From Pseudomonadales bacterium (lineage in GTDB: Bacteria; Patescibacteriota; Microgenomatia; UBA1400; PJMF01): DNA of 64,000 nt. The stretch covers positions 727,272 to 791,271 of the forward strand of contig JACKFW010000001.1 in the NCBI GenBank assembly GCA_020632265.1, written 5' to 3'. Position 1 is the stretch's first letter. Every line of letters begins with the position of its first letter. Below the pieces are notes generated by a model. That model was given only the letters and a program-made list of their open reading frames with translations. It was not told the DNA's origin and did not search any database. A program made the translations under genes and the position numbers. Of this stretch, positions 28,552-38,788 are shown piece after piece.

Positions 28552-30913
28552 TCAGTAGTTTATTTTTTACCACTTTTTTCTCGAGTAATTCCTGCCAAAT
28601 TGTTTCGGTTACAAATGGCATAAATGGATGTAATAGTTTCAAAAAAGTGATTAATCCATAAGAGAGTTTTTTTAGAGATACATCTCCGTCTTTTGATTTT
28701 TCAATACAAATATCACAAAACCAATGCCAAAATTCGTTATAAACCACTTCAGCGGCTAAACCTACTTTTAGGTTAGAAAAGTGTTGAGTAACCTCAACAA
28801 TAATATCGTTTAGTTTTTGGTCAAACTCTTGATCTAGAGGAGAGTTTTCGGTGACAGTTTTGTCGTGGGGTTCTTCAGTCATCATGATAATAAAGCGAGC
28901 AGCGTTCCAAGTTTTATTAGTTAAATTTCTCATTGCTTTAAAATCAGGTTTTCCAACAGATTTATCTTGTCCAGGAGTTGATCTAATAATTAATGCCATT
29001 CTGAGCGCATCTGCGCCAAACTCGCTTTTTACCTCAATTGGGTTGATTACATTACCCTTGGATTTACTCATTTTTTTACCTTTTTCGTCTCTGATTAATC
29101 CATGTAGGTATACATTTTCAAAAGGAGATTTGTTGGTCATATAAATACCCAACATCATCATTCTCATTACCCAAAATGGAAGAATGTCATAACCGGTTTC
29201 CATAACAGAAAGGGGATAGAATCTTTCAAAATCAGATTTATTATTGGTTTTTAAGGTGACTATTGGCCACTGGCTTGAGGAGAACCAAGTGTCAAAGGTA
29301 TCTGATTCTTGAATATAATTGCCGTCAGTTGGTTCGTTAACTGAAACAGAGTAGGGGACTGAAATATTTGCGCTAATTGATTGTATATTTTGTTTAATTT
29401 CCTCAAGAGAATATGTTTTTAGCCAATCTGACAAAAGTCCGGTTTGATATTGGTTTTCCTTATCAAGAAAATTAACAATTATATTTTCTTCATTGCCGTC
29501 AGTTTTATACCAAACTGGAATCGAAATTCCCCATGTGATTTGACGTGAAATATTCCAATCTTTTAAATTATTTAGCCAGTGTCTAAGGATTTTTTCTCTA
29601 CCAGCACCAAAGATTTTTGTTTCATTTGTATCGAGTGCGTTAAGAGCATTTTGGACGAGATTAATTTTGTCATCAGCAACTTTGATGAAAAATTGTGGCA
29701 AAGGTAATGGTTCTATTAGTCTTCCACAGCGATAGCAAGTTCCCACTGAGTGAGTATATTTTTCATTGACTGAAATGAGGAGTGACTTTCCTTCGGCAGT
29801 TTTGTAAGATTTGTAGTCTTTAAGAACTGCTTCTCTGGCGTTTACTACACCAAGATTATTATATTTATCGGGAGAATTAATGATTTTTCCGCTGGTGTCG
29901 ATAACGGGAATTGGTTGTTCGATTATTTCATTTTTGTGGGTTTCCCACATTTGGAAATCATTGGCGTCGTGGTAAGGAGTAACTTTTACAGCTCCTGTGC
30001 CAAATTTTGGATCAACATATTCATCGGCAATAACTATCATGGTTTTTTTACCCCATGGAAACTCAACTTCCAAGTGCTTGCCAACATACTCTTTATATCT
30101 GGGATCATTGGGATTTACTGCGATGGCTACATCTCCAAAAATAGTTTCTGGTCTAACAGTTGAAACTTGAAGAGGGCCATATTGAATTGTATAAAGCGGA
30201 TCGATTCGTTCAACATGGTCTACTTCAAGCTCGGAATAGCTAGTGCCACACTTTGTGCAGTAGTTAACAAGCTTAAAATCGCGATATATCAATCCATCTC
30301 TGTATAATGATTGGAATGTTTCTAATACTTCTGCGACAATGTCTTCGTCGAGGGTAAATTTAAATCTAGACCAATCTAGACTAAAACCAAGTTTTTTTAA
30401 TTGATCTACCGCAACCTCAGAATTTTCTTGGACGTATTGCCAAATCATTTGATAAAGCGATTTTCGATCAAAGTTAAACCTACTTTTACCTTCTTTTTTA
30501 AGTTTTTTTTCAAAAACAAATTGGGTTTCAATGCCAGCGTGATCTGTTCCAGGTATCCAGAGGGTGTCGTCTCCTAGCATCCGGTGGTATCTGATCATTA
30601 CGTCTTCGACAACATACATGGCGTGGCCAACGTGTAGGGGGTCGTTGGCGTTGGGAGGGGGTAAAACTATAGAAAACTTGTTGCCTGTAGCTACTGCTGT
30701 TCCTTTATTAGGTTGGTTATTTTTGTCTTTTTGAAGTTCAATCTTGGAATCTGGGTTAAAAGCATCAGCTTGGCGTAACTTCAACACAGAATCTGGGTTA
30801 TCGGCATCATTTTGGCGCAACTTAAGCACCGAATCTGGGTTAAAAGCATCAGCTTCCTCCCACAATTTGTATATTTTTTCTTCAGATAATTTAAAATCGT
30901 ATCTCGAGTCCAT
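28520..30913 (-). CDS. valS: Valine--tRNA ligase (short form lacking the C-terminal coiled coil)
   Basis: PPPNANDPLHVGHA (HIGH region) plus ...LWIPGTDHAGIETQ..., the KMSKSKGN motif, and a CP1 editing-domain-sized insert. 797 aa. Confidence 0.88.
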   Translation of the reverse strand: MDSRYDFKLSEEKIYKLWEEADAFNPDSVLKLRQNDADNPDSVLKLRQADAFNPDSKIELQKDKNNQPNKGTAVATGNKFSIVLPPPNANDPLHVGHAMYVVEDVMIRYHRMLGDDTLWIPGTDHAGIETQFVFEKKLKKEGKSRFNFDRKSLYQMIWQYVQENSEVAVDQLKKLGFSLDWSRFKFTLDEDIVAEVLETFQSLYRDGLIYRDFKLVNYCTKCGTSYSELEVDHVERIDPLYTIQYGPLQVSTVRPETIFGDVAIAVNPNDPRYKEYVGKHLEVEFPWGKKTMIVIADEYVDPKFGTGAVKVTPYHDANDFQMWETHKNEIIEQPIPVIDTSGKIINSPDKYNNLGVVNAREAVLKDYKSYKTAEGKSLLISVNEKYTHSVGTCYRCGRLIEPLPLPQFFIKVADDKINLVQNALNALDTNETKIFGAGREKILRHWLNNLKDWNISRQITWGISIPVWYKTDGNEENIIVNFLDKENQYQTGLLSDWLKTYSLEEIKQNIQSISANISVPYSVSVNEPTDGNYIQESDTFDTWFSSSQWPIVTLKTNNKSDFERFYPLSVMETGYDILPFWVMRMMMLGIYMTNKSPFENVYLHGLIRDEKGKKMSKSKGNVINPIEVKSEFGADALRMALIIRSTPGQDKSVGKPDFKAMRNLTNKTWNAARFIIMMTEEPHDKTVTENSPLDQEFDQKLNDIIVEVTQHFSNLKVGLAAEVVYNEFWHWFCDICIEKSKDGDVSLKKLSYGLITFLKLLHPFMPFVTETIWQELLEKKVVKNKLLIVSDWPTPVS

Positions 30914-30979
30914 AGGAGGTTATTATAGCATTTTTATCCACTTAAATAAGTTGAGGTTAAAAAGTTGGGAGTGGAAAAA

Positions 30980-33115
30980 TTACATCCCCACCATATACTT
31001 AGCTGACCAAGGACGATAGTTTGAATAGTATTTTTCTTCGTTTGTGATGTTTCCATCTTTATCTTTAATAGTATGTGTGAACTCTGTTTTAATTCCCGAT
31101 ACAGACCAATCCACTTGAACGGTTTTGCCGGTTGGTAGATCTGGAGTAGGGAAGTATTCCGGAGCCGGCGGTTTTCTAAAATCCCATTGTTTATAGTTTG
31201 AAATTTCAGTTGTCCTACCATCGCTTGTTCCAAAAATCTCAATATTCATATATCTATTATCCACATCAACGAAACTGTAAATTAAGATGTGGTCGTTGGT
31301 GTCATTAATAAACCTAAAGTCAATATTGCCAGAATAAACAGTAGCATCAAAACCTGGTTCAGAATTTAATTCATAATATGAAACTCTATATGAGTGTTGT
31401 AATCTTTTACTAACTTTTAGTCCTGCGTCCAAAACAGCTCTAAACAATGTACTACTGACCTGACAAACACCTCCTCCATCACCTAAAACTGTTTTTCCTC
31501 CAGAAATTACGTATGCAGATCTATATCCAGTTCTTGCTGAAACTTCTCCGAGAGTTTTATTAAAAGAGAATTCTTCTCCTGGAGGAACAATTGTAAGAGA
31601 AATTCTCTCTGAAGTAATTGATACATTGTGAACTCTATTATTAATTGAATGATAATAATAGCTCTCGCCAAAGCCAATTCTTTCCTTAATACCCAGGTCA
31701 TTAGTGCTTTCAAGGGATTTTTGAGGACTGGTTTTCTTGAGAGGAATTTCTAAGACTAGGTCTTTGGTTTTTTCATTTACATTTTGACTCAGACCCTGAT
31801 CAAAGTTTTGGTTTAACTCTATATTTGAATTTTGATTCAGCTCCTTTCGCAAGTCCTGATTTGTTGAAAACTTCTGAGAATCAGCTTCATCTTTATTTTT
31901 ATGGCTATCGCTTTGATTTTTGTTTTCAAGGTCTTCAAGCCAACTTAATAACATCTTTTTTGAAGCCTGGACATTTATCTCTAGTCCTTCAAGATGTGGT
32001 TTAAATGATTTCACCTCTAGAGTTTCTCTGTTGTAATCAAATTCTGCATCTTGAGGTTCTCTATTAACCTCCTTGCTCCATTCTAAAATTAGATTTTCAA
32101 TTTTATTTTCATCATATTTTTCCAAAGGCTTGACAAAGCTTATTAGGTCTTTGTCGGATAGTTCATATTTTTTATCTTCAGCTTTAAGCTTGAGAATCTC
32201 CCCAACAAAATTTTTTGCTCGATCAATTGTAGAGTCTATTTGATCGTCGCTGAGCACTGCGCTAGTAGAAGCAATTACCGCAGAAACTTTGATTGTTTCC
32301 AAATTTAAATCAGAGTTTTTAATATTTAAATCTGTGTTTTCTTTTTCAGGTACAAATTTCACTCCAATTTTAGGTACTAATTTTAATTCAGTTTCAAGCA
32401 CAGATTTTTCTCCTGTATCAGACATAGAATTTGTTTCAACTTCAACTACGGGTTCTTCTCTCATTGAACGGAGGTTTTCAAACATTCTTTCTGGATTTTC
32501 ACTTATCAGTTTTTTGATATTATTTTTTGTTTCAGTTTCATTAACCATTCTTCCGGGCTCACCTTCAAAAACACTTATAGAGCTTGCGTCGTTGGATTGA
32601 AGCAATCTTACGCTTGGATTTTTTCCCTCAATAGTCACATCTTTTTGTAAAAGCGAAATTAAATCATCAATTTTTTCATCGTTATACCAGATTTGAGCAG
32701 TTGATGTGCTTTTCTGAGTAAACGAATTAGTAATATTTTTAATTCTCTGGAATAGAGTTTCGCCCCTACTATTTATATAGATATCATTGAGAGCTTGATG
32801 ATAATCAATGTAAGCCTCTAGTTCGGCTGAAGAACTTGATACTTTTATCCCATCAATGTCAATTTCCAGATTATGAGGTGAAATTTTTTGATTACCGCTT
32901 TCTAAAACCTTTAATGCCTGCGGTGGGGACAAACCAGATATTTCAATATTGTTGAGATATGTGTTTGGAAGAAATTTATCTTGATAATGATTGACGTTTA
33001 AAATCACTCCAGTAATGATAAAAGTTGTACCACCAACAAAAAGAAAGAATACTAGTTCTTTTGCACCCAAATTCTTTAAATTTTGAAAATATCCTAGAAG
33101 CAAACTTGTTTTCAT
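30980..33115 (-). CDS. VanW-family protein with an N-terminal membrane anchor
   Basis: N-terminal TM, and the VanW signature region ...SGGKTVLGDGGGVCQVSSTLFRAVLDAGL... Confidence 0.75.
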   Translation of the reverse strand: MKTSLLLGYFQNLKNLGAKELVFFLFVGGTTFIITGVILNVNHYQDKFLPNTYLNNIEISGLSPPQALKVLESGNQKISPHNLEIDIDGIKVSSSSAELEAYIDYHQALNDIYINSRGETLFQRIKNITNSFTQKSTSTAQIWYNDEKIDDLISLLQKDVTIEGKNPSVRLLQSNDASSISVFEGEPGRMVNETETKNNIKKLISENPERMFENLRSMREEPVVEVETNSMSDTGEKSVLETELKLVPKIGVKFVPEKENTDLNIKNSDLNLETIKVSAVIASTSAVLSDDQIDSTIDRAKNFVGEILKLKAEDKKYELSDKDLISFVKPLEKYDENKIENLILEWSKEVNREPQDAEFDYNRETLEVKSFKPHLEGLEINVQASKKMLLSWLEDLENKNQSDSHKNKDEADSQKFSTNQDLRKELNQNSNIELNQNFDQGLSQNVNEKTKDLVLEIPLKKTSPQKSLESTNDLGIKERIGFGESYYYHSINNRVHNVSITSERISLTIVPPGEEFSFNKTLGEVSARTGYRSAYVISGGKTVLGDGGGVCQVSSTLFRAVLDAGLKVSKRLQHSYRVSYYELNSEPGFDATVYSGNIDFRFINDTNDHILIYSFVDVDNRYMNIEIFGTSDGRTTEISNYKQWDFRKPPAPEYFPTPDLPTGKTVQVDWSVSGIKTEFTHTIKDKDGNITNEEKYYSNYRPWSAKYMVGM

Positions 33116-33211
33116 TATGTTATTATTATATCAGTAGTAAGATCTGCAATTTATTTGTTTGTATGGAGTATTTTGTCAAATATGAGGATTTAATACTAGG
33201 TATAGATTTAT

Positions 33212-35308
33212 ATGAATAATCAACCTCTGCCAAAGCCAACGCCAGTTATTAAGGCTGATGACTCACATAAAAATGATGTTGGCGCAACGCCACCCCCATC
33301 AGCATTAAATAAAAACCCAGGGATTACTTCTTCCAGTCCAGCCACTTCTACCACTTCTACTGCTCCAATGACAAGTCAAAGCCTATCAGACTTGTCTTCT
33401 AATCCTGGAGACGTTTCAACTCAGGATAAATTAGCTGCGGGATCAAATAAACAAGGCGTTGTTTTTGATAGTAACAATGCTAATTCGAGGATTCCGCTTG
33501 CTCAAAAATTACCTTCAGATTCACTTCCAGATTTAGACAAATCAACGAAACCTACTCAAAAAAACGAAGAAATTGCTTTACCACCAACTTCACTTAGCGC
33601 TCTATCTTCTATGAGTAGCACTACCATTCCAAACGGAAGTAATACCAATAAAGTTATCATGCCTGAAAAAACTGTTTTAGGCAGACCTATTCCTCAAACC
33701 ATAAGGGGAGAGAAGATGCCAAAGGGATTGAGCGCAAATTCTTCAGAGTCTGTTCCCGGAGGAGTTGGATCAAATCCTGCTGGGTTTGCTCCATCAAGAT
33801 CTTCGGTTCCTTCTCCAAGAATGGTTCAAAGCAAGACTTCTCCAGTGCCCACTTCTCAAAATACCGAGATTAACACTGGAGGCGGTGATAGTTCAATAAA
33901 TAAAAAAAAGCCTATGTTTGCAACCGAAAACAAATCAATGTTTAAATTTCTTCCATTTATTGTCGGTGGTATTACTTTGCTAGCGGTGATTGTTTTTGTA
34001 GCTTCAAAATTTTTAGGAGGTAGTGGCGCAACTCCATTGCCAGCTCAACAAGCAAATACTGCCAACAACAACGTAGTTCAAAATAATCCTAACGCAGACA
34101 CTGGCAAAAGAACCGAGGTTCCAGCCGAACAAAAAGAGATACTATATTGGGGACTTTGGGAACCAAATGAAGTATTTGATGAGATAATTTCTTCATTTGA
34201 GGCAGAAAATCCTGGGGTTAAAGTTACATACGTTAAACAATCTCATAAAGATTATCGAGAGAGATTGCAAACTGCTCTTGATAGAGGAACTGGTCCAGAT
34301 GTGTTCAGATTTCACGCTTCTTGGTCGCCGATGCTGAAATCAAATTTATCTCCAATTCCATCAAATATTATTTCTCCAAAAGAGTTTAAGGACAACTATT
34401 ATCCAATTGTTACAGATCAATTGGTAGTTGGAGGACAATATGTTGGAGTACCACTCATGTATGATGGCCTGGCTTTATATTACAACGAAGATATTTTGAA
34501 TTCCGCCAACGAAACCCCTCCAACCACTTGGGCTGAACTTCGTTTATTAGCTTCCAAGCTGACGGTTAAATCTGCGTCAGGCATTCAAAGAGCTGGTTTG
34601 GCAATTGGTAATACATCCAATGTAGATCATTTTTCTGACATACTAGCAGTATTAATGCTTCAAAATGGTGCAGATTTTAACAATCCTAATTCTCAAGAAA
34701 CCCAGGACGCCTTGCTTTTTTATACAAATTTCGTGACGAAAGATGGTGTTTGGGATGATAAACTGCCAAGTTCGACAGTTGCTTTTGCTAGAGGAGATGT
34801 GGCCATGATGTTTGCTCCGTCTTGGAGAGCTCATGAAATTGCTGCTCAAAATCCCGATCTTAAGTTTAAGACAACTACTCTTCCTCAACTTTCTGACGAG
34901 AGAATCTCTTGGGGTTCTTACTGGGCGGAGGGAATCAACTCCTTAAGTAAAAACAAGGATATAGCCGCTAAATTTGTTAGTTATTTAAGTAGTGATGAAA
35001 ATTTATCAAAATTGTTCTCAACAGCTAGTGAGATTAGATCCTTTGGTGAGATTTATCCAAAAGCAAGTATGGCTGAAAAATTAATAAATAATGAGATTGT
35101 TTCCCCATATCTAGATGATGCTCCATATGCCAAGGGTTGGTACATGAGTTCTTTTACTCATGACAATGGAATTAACGACCAAATGATTCAATATTACAAA
35201 GATGCAATTAACGCATTGATTAAAGGTGAAAAGATTGATGATATTTTAACAACACTTGAGTCTGGAACTAGAGAAGTGCTCCAGCGGTATGGAATTAGTT
35301 CTAAGTAG
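33212..35308 (+). CDS. ABC transporter extracellular solute-binding protein (family 1, sugar-type). Membrane-tethered, with a long Ser/Thr/Pro-rich N-terminal extension.
   Basis: TM at about residue 245 (FKFLPFIVGGITLLAVIVFVA), then an SBP_bac_1-like domain (EILYWGLWEPNEVFDEIISSFEAENPGVKVTYVKQSHKDYRERLQTALDRGTGPDVF...). Confidence 0.75.
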   Translation: MNNQPLPKPTPVIKADDSHKNDVGATPPPSALNKNPGITSSSPATSTTSTAPMTSQSLSDLSSNPGDVSTQDKLAAGSNKQGVVFDSNNANSRIPLAQKLPSDSLPDLDKSTKPTQKNEEIALPPTSLSALSSMSSTTIPNGSNTNKVIMPEKTVLGRPIPQTIRGEKMPKGLSANSSESVPGGVGSNPAGFAPSRSSVPSPRMVQSKTSPVPTSQNTEINTGGGDSSINKKKPMFATENKSMFKFLPFIVGGITLLAVIVFVASKFLGGSGATPLPAQQANTANNNVVQNNPNADTGKRTEVPAEQKEILYWGLWEPNEVFDEIISSFEAENPGVKVTYVKQSHKDYRERLQTALDRGTGPDVFRFHASWSPMLKSNLSPIPSNIISPKEFKDNYYPIVTDQLVVGGQYVGVPLMYDGLALYYNEDILNSANETPPTTWAELRLLASKLTVKSASGIQRAGLAIGNTSNVDHFSDILAVLMLQNGADFNNPNSQETQDALLFYTNFVTKDGVWDDKLPSSTVAFARGDVAMMFAPSWRAHEIAAQNPDLKFKTTTLPQLSDERISWGSYWAEGINSLSKNKDIAAKFVSYLSSDENLSKLFSTASEIRSFGEIYPKASMAEKLINNEIVSPYLDDAPYAKGWYMSSFTHDNGINDQMIQYYKDAINALIKGEKIDDILTTLESGTREVLQRYGISSK

Positions 35309-35336
35309 TCTTGAAACTACTTAACTCAGGCTTATA

Positions 35337-36242
35337 ATGAAGGTCATGTTCAAAGACCTTTCAAAAAAAATTATTTTTACAATTGCTTATACTGATCAGT
35401 TTCAATATCCTTTGACTAAGGAAGAAATCTACTTAAGAATCATCGGCAATCACAAGAAAGTTTCTTTCAAATTTTTTGAAAATTTGTTAAAAAAATTAGT
35501 GACAAATGATAAGATCTCATTGATAAATGGACTATATTTTCTAAAGGGAAGTGAAAAAACGGTGGGTCTAAGAGTTAATAGAAATGCATATTCTCAGATA
35601 AAATGGGGGGAAGCTGAGGATTTTGTAAAACTAGTTAAATTTATTCCTTGGATTAAAGGAGTTGCGGTAACTGGTTCTTTGGCAGTAAATAATGCCAGAA
35701 AAAATGATGACATTGATTTTTTGATTGTTACACAAAATAGTAGGCTTTGGCTAACAAGAATTATTATTGTATTAATTGCACAGATTAAAGGAAGAAAAAG
35801 ATCTTGGGATAATGAGGAGGCTAATAGCTGGTGTTTGAATTTGTGGCTAGAGGAAAAAACCCTAAAATTGCCCAATAGGCTTAAAAATATTTATGGTGCA
35901 TTTGAAGTTTGCCAGGCTATTTGGATTTATGAAAAAGGAAATACAAAGAGCATGTTTTTTCAGTTAAATAATTGGGTAATTAAATATCTTCCAAATTTTT
36001 ATCTTTTTCAAAAAAATAACAACGACAAACTGATTTCAGTTAAAAATTCTAGTCAATTATCTGCGTTAAAATATCTGTTAGACGTCCTTAATCAAATATT
36101 GTTTTATTTGCAGTTTTTGTATATGAAACCGCACATGACCAAAGAAAGTGTTGGAGTTAATTTTGCATTTTTTCATCCCAGAGATACAAAAAAATTAATT
36201 TTTAGCAAATGGTTCAGAAAATTTAGCAACTACACAATATAA
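35337..36242 (+). CDS. Nucleotidyltransferase-fold domain protein (hypothetical)
   Basis: GS...DxD motif typical of Pol-beta-like NTases: TGSLAVNNARKNDDIDFLIV. Confidence 0.5.
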   Translation: MKVMFKDLSKKIIFTIAYTDQFQYPLTKEEIYLRIIGNHKKVSFKFFENLLKKLVTNDKISLINGLYFLKGSEKTVGLRVNRNAYSQIKWGEAEDFVKLVKFIPWIKGVAVTGSLAVNNARKNDDIDFLIVTQNSRLWLTRIIIVLIAQIKGRKRSWDNEEANSWCLNLWLEEKTLKLPNRLKNIYGAFEVCQAIWIYEKGNTKSMFFQLNNWVIKYLPNFYLFQKNNNDKLISVKNSSQLSALKYLLDVLNQILFYLQFLYMKPHMTKESVGVNFAFFHPRDTKKLIFSKWFRKFSNYTI

Positions 36243-36249
36243 TAAGACT

Positions 36250-36750
36250 GTGACAAACAATCAAGCTATCTCATCAGCTCATTTACCAGATAAAATTCAA
36301 AAAGTAATTGATTTATCTTTAGCAAATTTAAAGAAAATTATTTTGGTAACAGGGGTTTTTGATGTTTTACACCTTGAACACGAAGTCTTTTTAAAAAAGG
36401 CCAAGCAATTAGGAGATGTTTTAATTGTTGCAATTGAATCTGATTTTCGCGTTCGTCAAATTAAAGGAGAGAGTAGGCCAATTAATCATCAAGAAAAAAG
36501 GATTTCAAATTTATTGAGTCTTGGAATTACTGACTATGTTTTTATTTTGCCAGATGATTTTGGTCACTCAAAAAATCATATTGATTTGATTAAAACTGTT
36601 AGGCCAAGTGTTTTAGCTGTTTCTTCTCACACCGCTCATCTAGACAAAAAAAAAGCAATTATGAAATTGGTTGGTGGCAGAGTGTTAATAATTCATCAAC
36701 ATAATCCCAATGTTTCTTCTACAAGTATTATTAATCATTCTGGATTTTAG
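36250..36750 (+). CDS. Cytidylyl/adenylyltransferase family protein (TagD / HldE domain II-like)
   Basis: ILVTGVFDVLHLEHEVFLKKAKQLGDVLIVAIESD, an HxxH nucleotidyltransferase motif with following conserved segments resembling glycerol-3-phosphate cytidylyltransferase. Confidence 0.7.
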   Translation: MTNNQAISSAHLPDKIQKVIDLSLANLKKIILVTGVFDVLHLEHEVFLKKAKQLGDVLIVAIESDFRVRQIKGESRPINHQEKRISNLLSLGITDYVFILPDDFGHSKNHIDLIKTVRPSVLAVSSHTAHLDKKKAIMKLVGGRVLIIHQHNPNVSSTSIINHSGF

Positions 36751-36807
36751 ATCTAGTGATTCCGATTGATAGTCAACATTGCTTGTAAATTTGGTAGGAT
36801 GATGTAT

Positions 36808-37143
36808 ATGAAATTTAATAAAATCTTTTTAAAAATGAAAAATTATTATTTGTCACTAATTTTTTTAGTAATATTTGCCACTTTTCTTAGCGGATGTACC
36901 CAAAAAGTCAATGATGGTGCTATAAATATTTTGTCTAATCCCGAACTTGAAAATAAAAATCAGGAAGTTGTTTTATCTGGATTGTTGACTCATCCCGGAG
37001 ATTTATATTTGATAACCACAAATTCGGGAAAGATTCAGGATTTAGAAAGTTATACAATTAACTTTGATGATTATGTGGGCAAAAATGTTGAGGTAACAGG
37101 CGAGTATAGCGGCAACACCTTGTTTGTTACCGAAATCAAGTAA
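36808..37143 (+). CDS. Small lipoprotein (hypothetical)
   Basis: Signal peptide with lipobox LSGC (…LSLIFLVIFATFLSGCTQK). The ORF track starts at 36766, but a downstream Met at 36808 gives a canonical lipoprotein signal. Confidence 0.5.
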   Translation: MKFNKIFLKMKNYYLSLIFLVIFATFLSGCTQKVNDGAINILSNPELENKNQEVVLSGLLTHPGDLYLITTNSGKIQDLESYTINFDDYVGKNVEVTGEYSGNTLFVTEIK

Positions 37144-37179
37144 TTTGAAATTAACAAAAATATATTTAAACTAAACTGT

Positions 37180-37280
37180 TACTAAATTGAGTTAAGCCAA
37201 AATATGCTGAAACTAAATTAAGTTAAGCCAAAACATGCTGAAACTAAATTAAGTTAAGCCAAAACATGCTGAAACCAAGT
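37180..37280. repeat. Intergenic tandem repeat, about 31 nt x 3
   Basis: ctaaattRagttaagccaaaaYatgctgaaa repeated three times head-to-tail upstream of radA. Confidence 0.75.
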
Positions 37281-37334
37281 CAAATTAAATTAAAATATAC
37301 TAAAATATATTAAAATCAAACTGAAATTAAATTA

Positions 37335-38735
37335 ATGTCAAAAAATTCAAGTATTTATATTTGTCAAAATTGCGGGTGGTCATCGCTTCGTTGGGTTGGT
37401 CAGTGTCAGGGATGTAATAACTGGAACACATTGGTCGAAGAATTGACAGAAAAAAGCAAAACAGGAAAAACCATAAGTTCTGATGAAAAAATTAATGATT
37501 TTACGATTCCTCTTTCTCAAGTGGAGGCTTTCAAGTCCGTAAAACCGAGGCTTTCTACTTTCATTGATGAGTTTGACAGGGTTTTGGGAGGTGAAAAATT
37601 TAATAGAGGAATGGTTGATGGGGCGGTGATGCTAATTGGCGGTGAGCCCGGTATTGGAAAGTCAACCCTATTAACACAAGTTGTTGTTAGTATGCTTGCA
37701 AAAACAAGCAAAGGCAAAAGAGGGAATGAATTGGGAAAAAATGGCAAAATTGCATATGTTTGCGGTGAAGAGAATCCAGCTCAGGTTGCACTGAGAATAA
37801 ATCGATTAAAAGAAACTGACTATGATCAAGATAATTTAATTTTCATTACGTCTACAAATGTTGATTCAGTTATTAAAGCAGTTAAGAAAATTGAACCCAA
37901 AGTTGTGGTAATTGATAGTATTCAAACAATGACCACATTTGACCTTGCTGGAAGTGCGGGTAGCGTGGGACAAGTTAGAGAATGTACTGAAAGACTTACT
38001 GGTATAGCTAAAGCATTAGATGTTCCAATTTTTTTAGTCGGTCATGTGACCAAAGAAGGCACAATTTCAGGCCCTAAAGTGCTTGAACACATTGTAGACT
38101 CAGTTTTAGAGTTAAGTGGTGATAGAACCGGGGATCTAAGAATATTAAGAGCGATCAAAAATCGTTTTGGAGCCACAGATGAAGTGGGGGTCTTTAGAAT
38201 GAGAGATTTTGGATTTGAATCAGTCTCAAACCCAAGCGAGTTGTTTTTGGAGTATGCTGACGTAGGTGTCCCAGGCAGTGCAACTGTTTGTGTAATGGAA
38301 GGCACTAGACCTTTGTTAATTGAAATTCAGAGCTTGGTGGTCTCTTCGCATCTCGCAATGCCTAGAAGAGTGGGTCGAGGAATAAAGTTGTCCAGAATTC
38401 AAGTTTTAGCGGCAGTGTTACAAAAGCATTGTAATTTACCCTTAGGAAGCCATGATATTTTTACTAGTGTTGCGGGAGGTTTTAACGTCAGCGAACCAGC
38501 TTTGGACTTGGGGTTAGCCGTGGCAATAGCGAGTTCCTTGGTAAATATGCCAATAAAAGAAAAAGCAGTTTTTATCGGAGAAGTCGGCCTTTTAGGTGAG
38601 ATTAGATCTGTAAATTTACTCGATAGAAGAATTAAAGAAGCAAAAAGACTTGGTTTTCAAAGGATTATTTCAAAAAAAACTCATTCATCGGTTAAAAACG
38701 TATTAAAAGAATTTGGTTTACTAAAAAAATTCTAA
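37335..38735 (+). CDS. radA: DNA repair protein RadA/Sms
   Basis: N-terminal C4 zinc ribbon (CQNCGWSSLRWVGQCQGCNNWNT), Walker A GGEPGIGKSTLL, the KNRFG motif, and a C-terminal Lon-like domain. Confidence 0.9.
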   Translation: MSKNSSIYICQNCGWSSLRWVGQCQGCNNWNTLVEELTEKSKTGKTISSDEKINDFTIPLSQVEAFKSVKPRLSTFIDEFDRVLGGEKFNRGMVDGAVMLIGGEPGIGKSTLLTQVVVSMLAKTSKGKRGNELGKNGKIAYVCGEENPAQVALRINRLKETDYDQDNLIFITSTNVDSVIKAVKKIEPKVVVIDSIQTMTTFDLAGSAGSVGQVRECTERLTGIAKALDVPIFLVGHVTKEGTISGPKVLEHIVDSVLELSGDRTGDLRILRAIKNRFGATDEVGVFRMRDFGFESVSNPSELFLEYADVGVPGSATVCVMEGTRPLLIEIQSLVVSSHLAMPRRVGRGIKLSRIQVLAAVLQKHCNLPLGSHDIFTSVAGGFNVSEPALDLGLAVAIASSLVNMPIKEKAVFIGEVGLLGEIRSVNLLDRRIKEAKRLGFQRIISKKTHSSVKNVLKEFGLLKKF

Positions 38736-38788
38736 CTAAAAAACTCTAAATAAAAAGTTCTAACTTAAAAAAAATAATAAGTTCATGT

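Noticed and set aside
28851-30163. Plus-strand ORFs 28851..29144 and 29915..30163 and minus ORFs inside other genes (e.g. 217..402, 1349..1654, 4480..4692, 9401..9667, 10403..10624, 11052..11774, 17652..18206, 22724..22960, 27549..28034)
   Set aside because: They are nested within confidently identified longer genes (valS, VirB4, the hydrolase, yidC, rplY, etc.). They show low-complexity or antisense composition and no conserved motifs.
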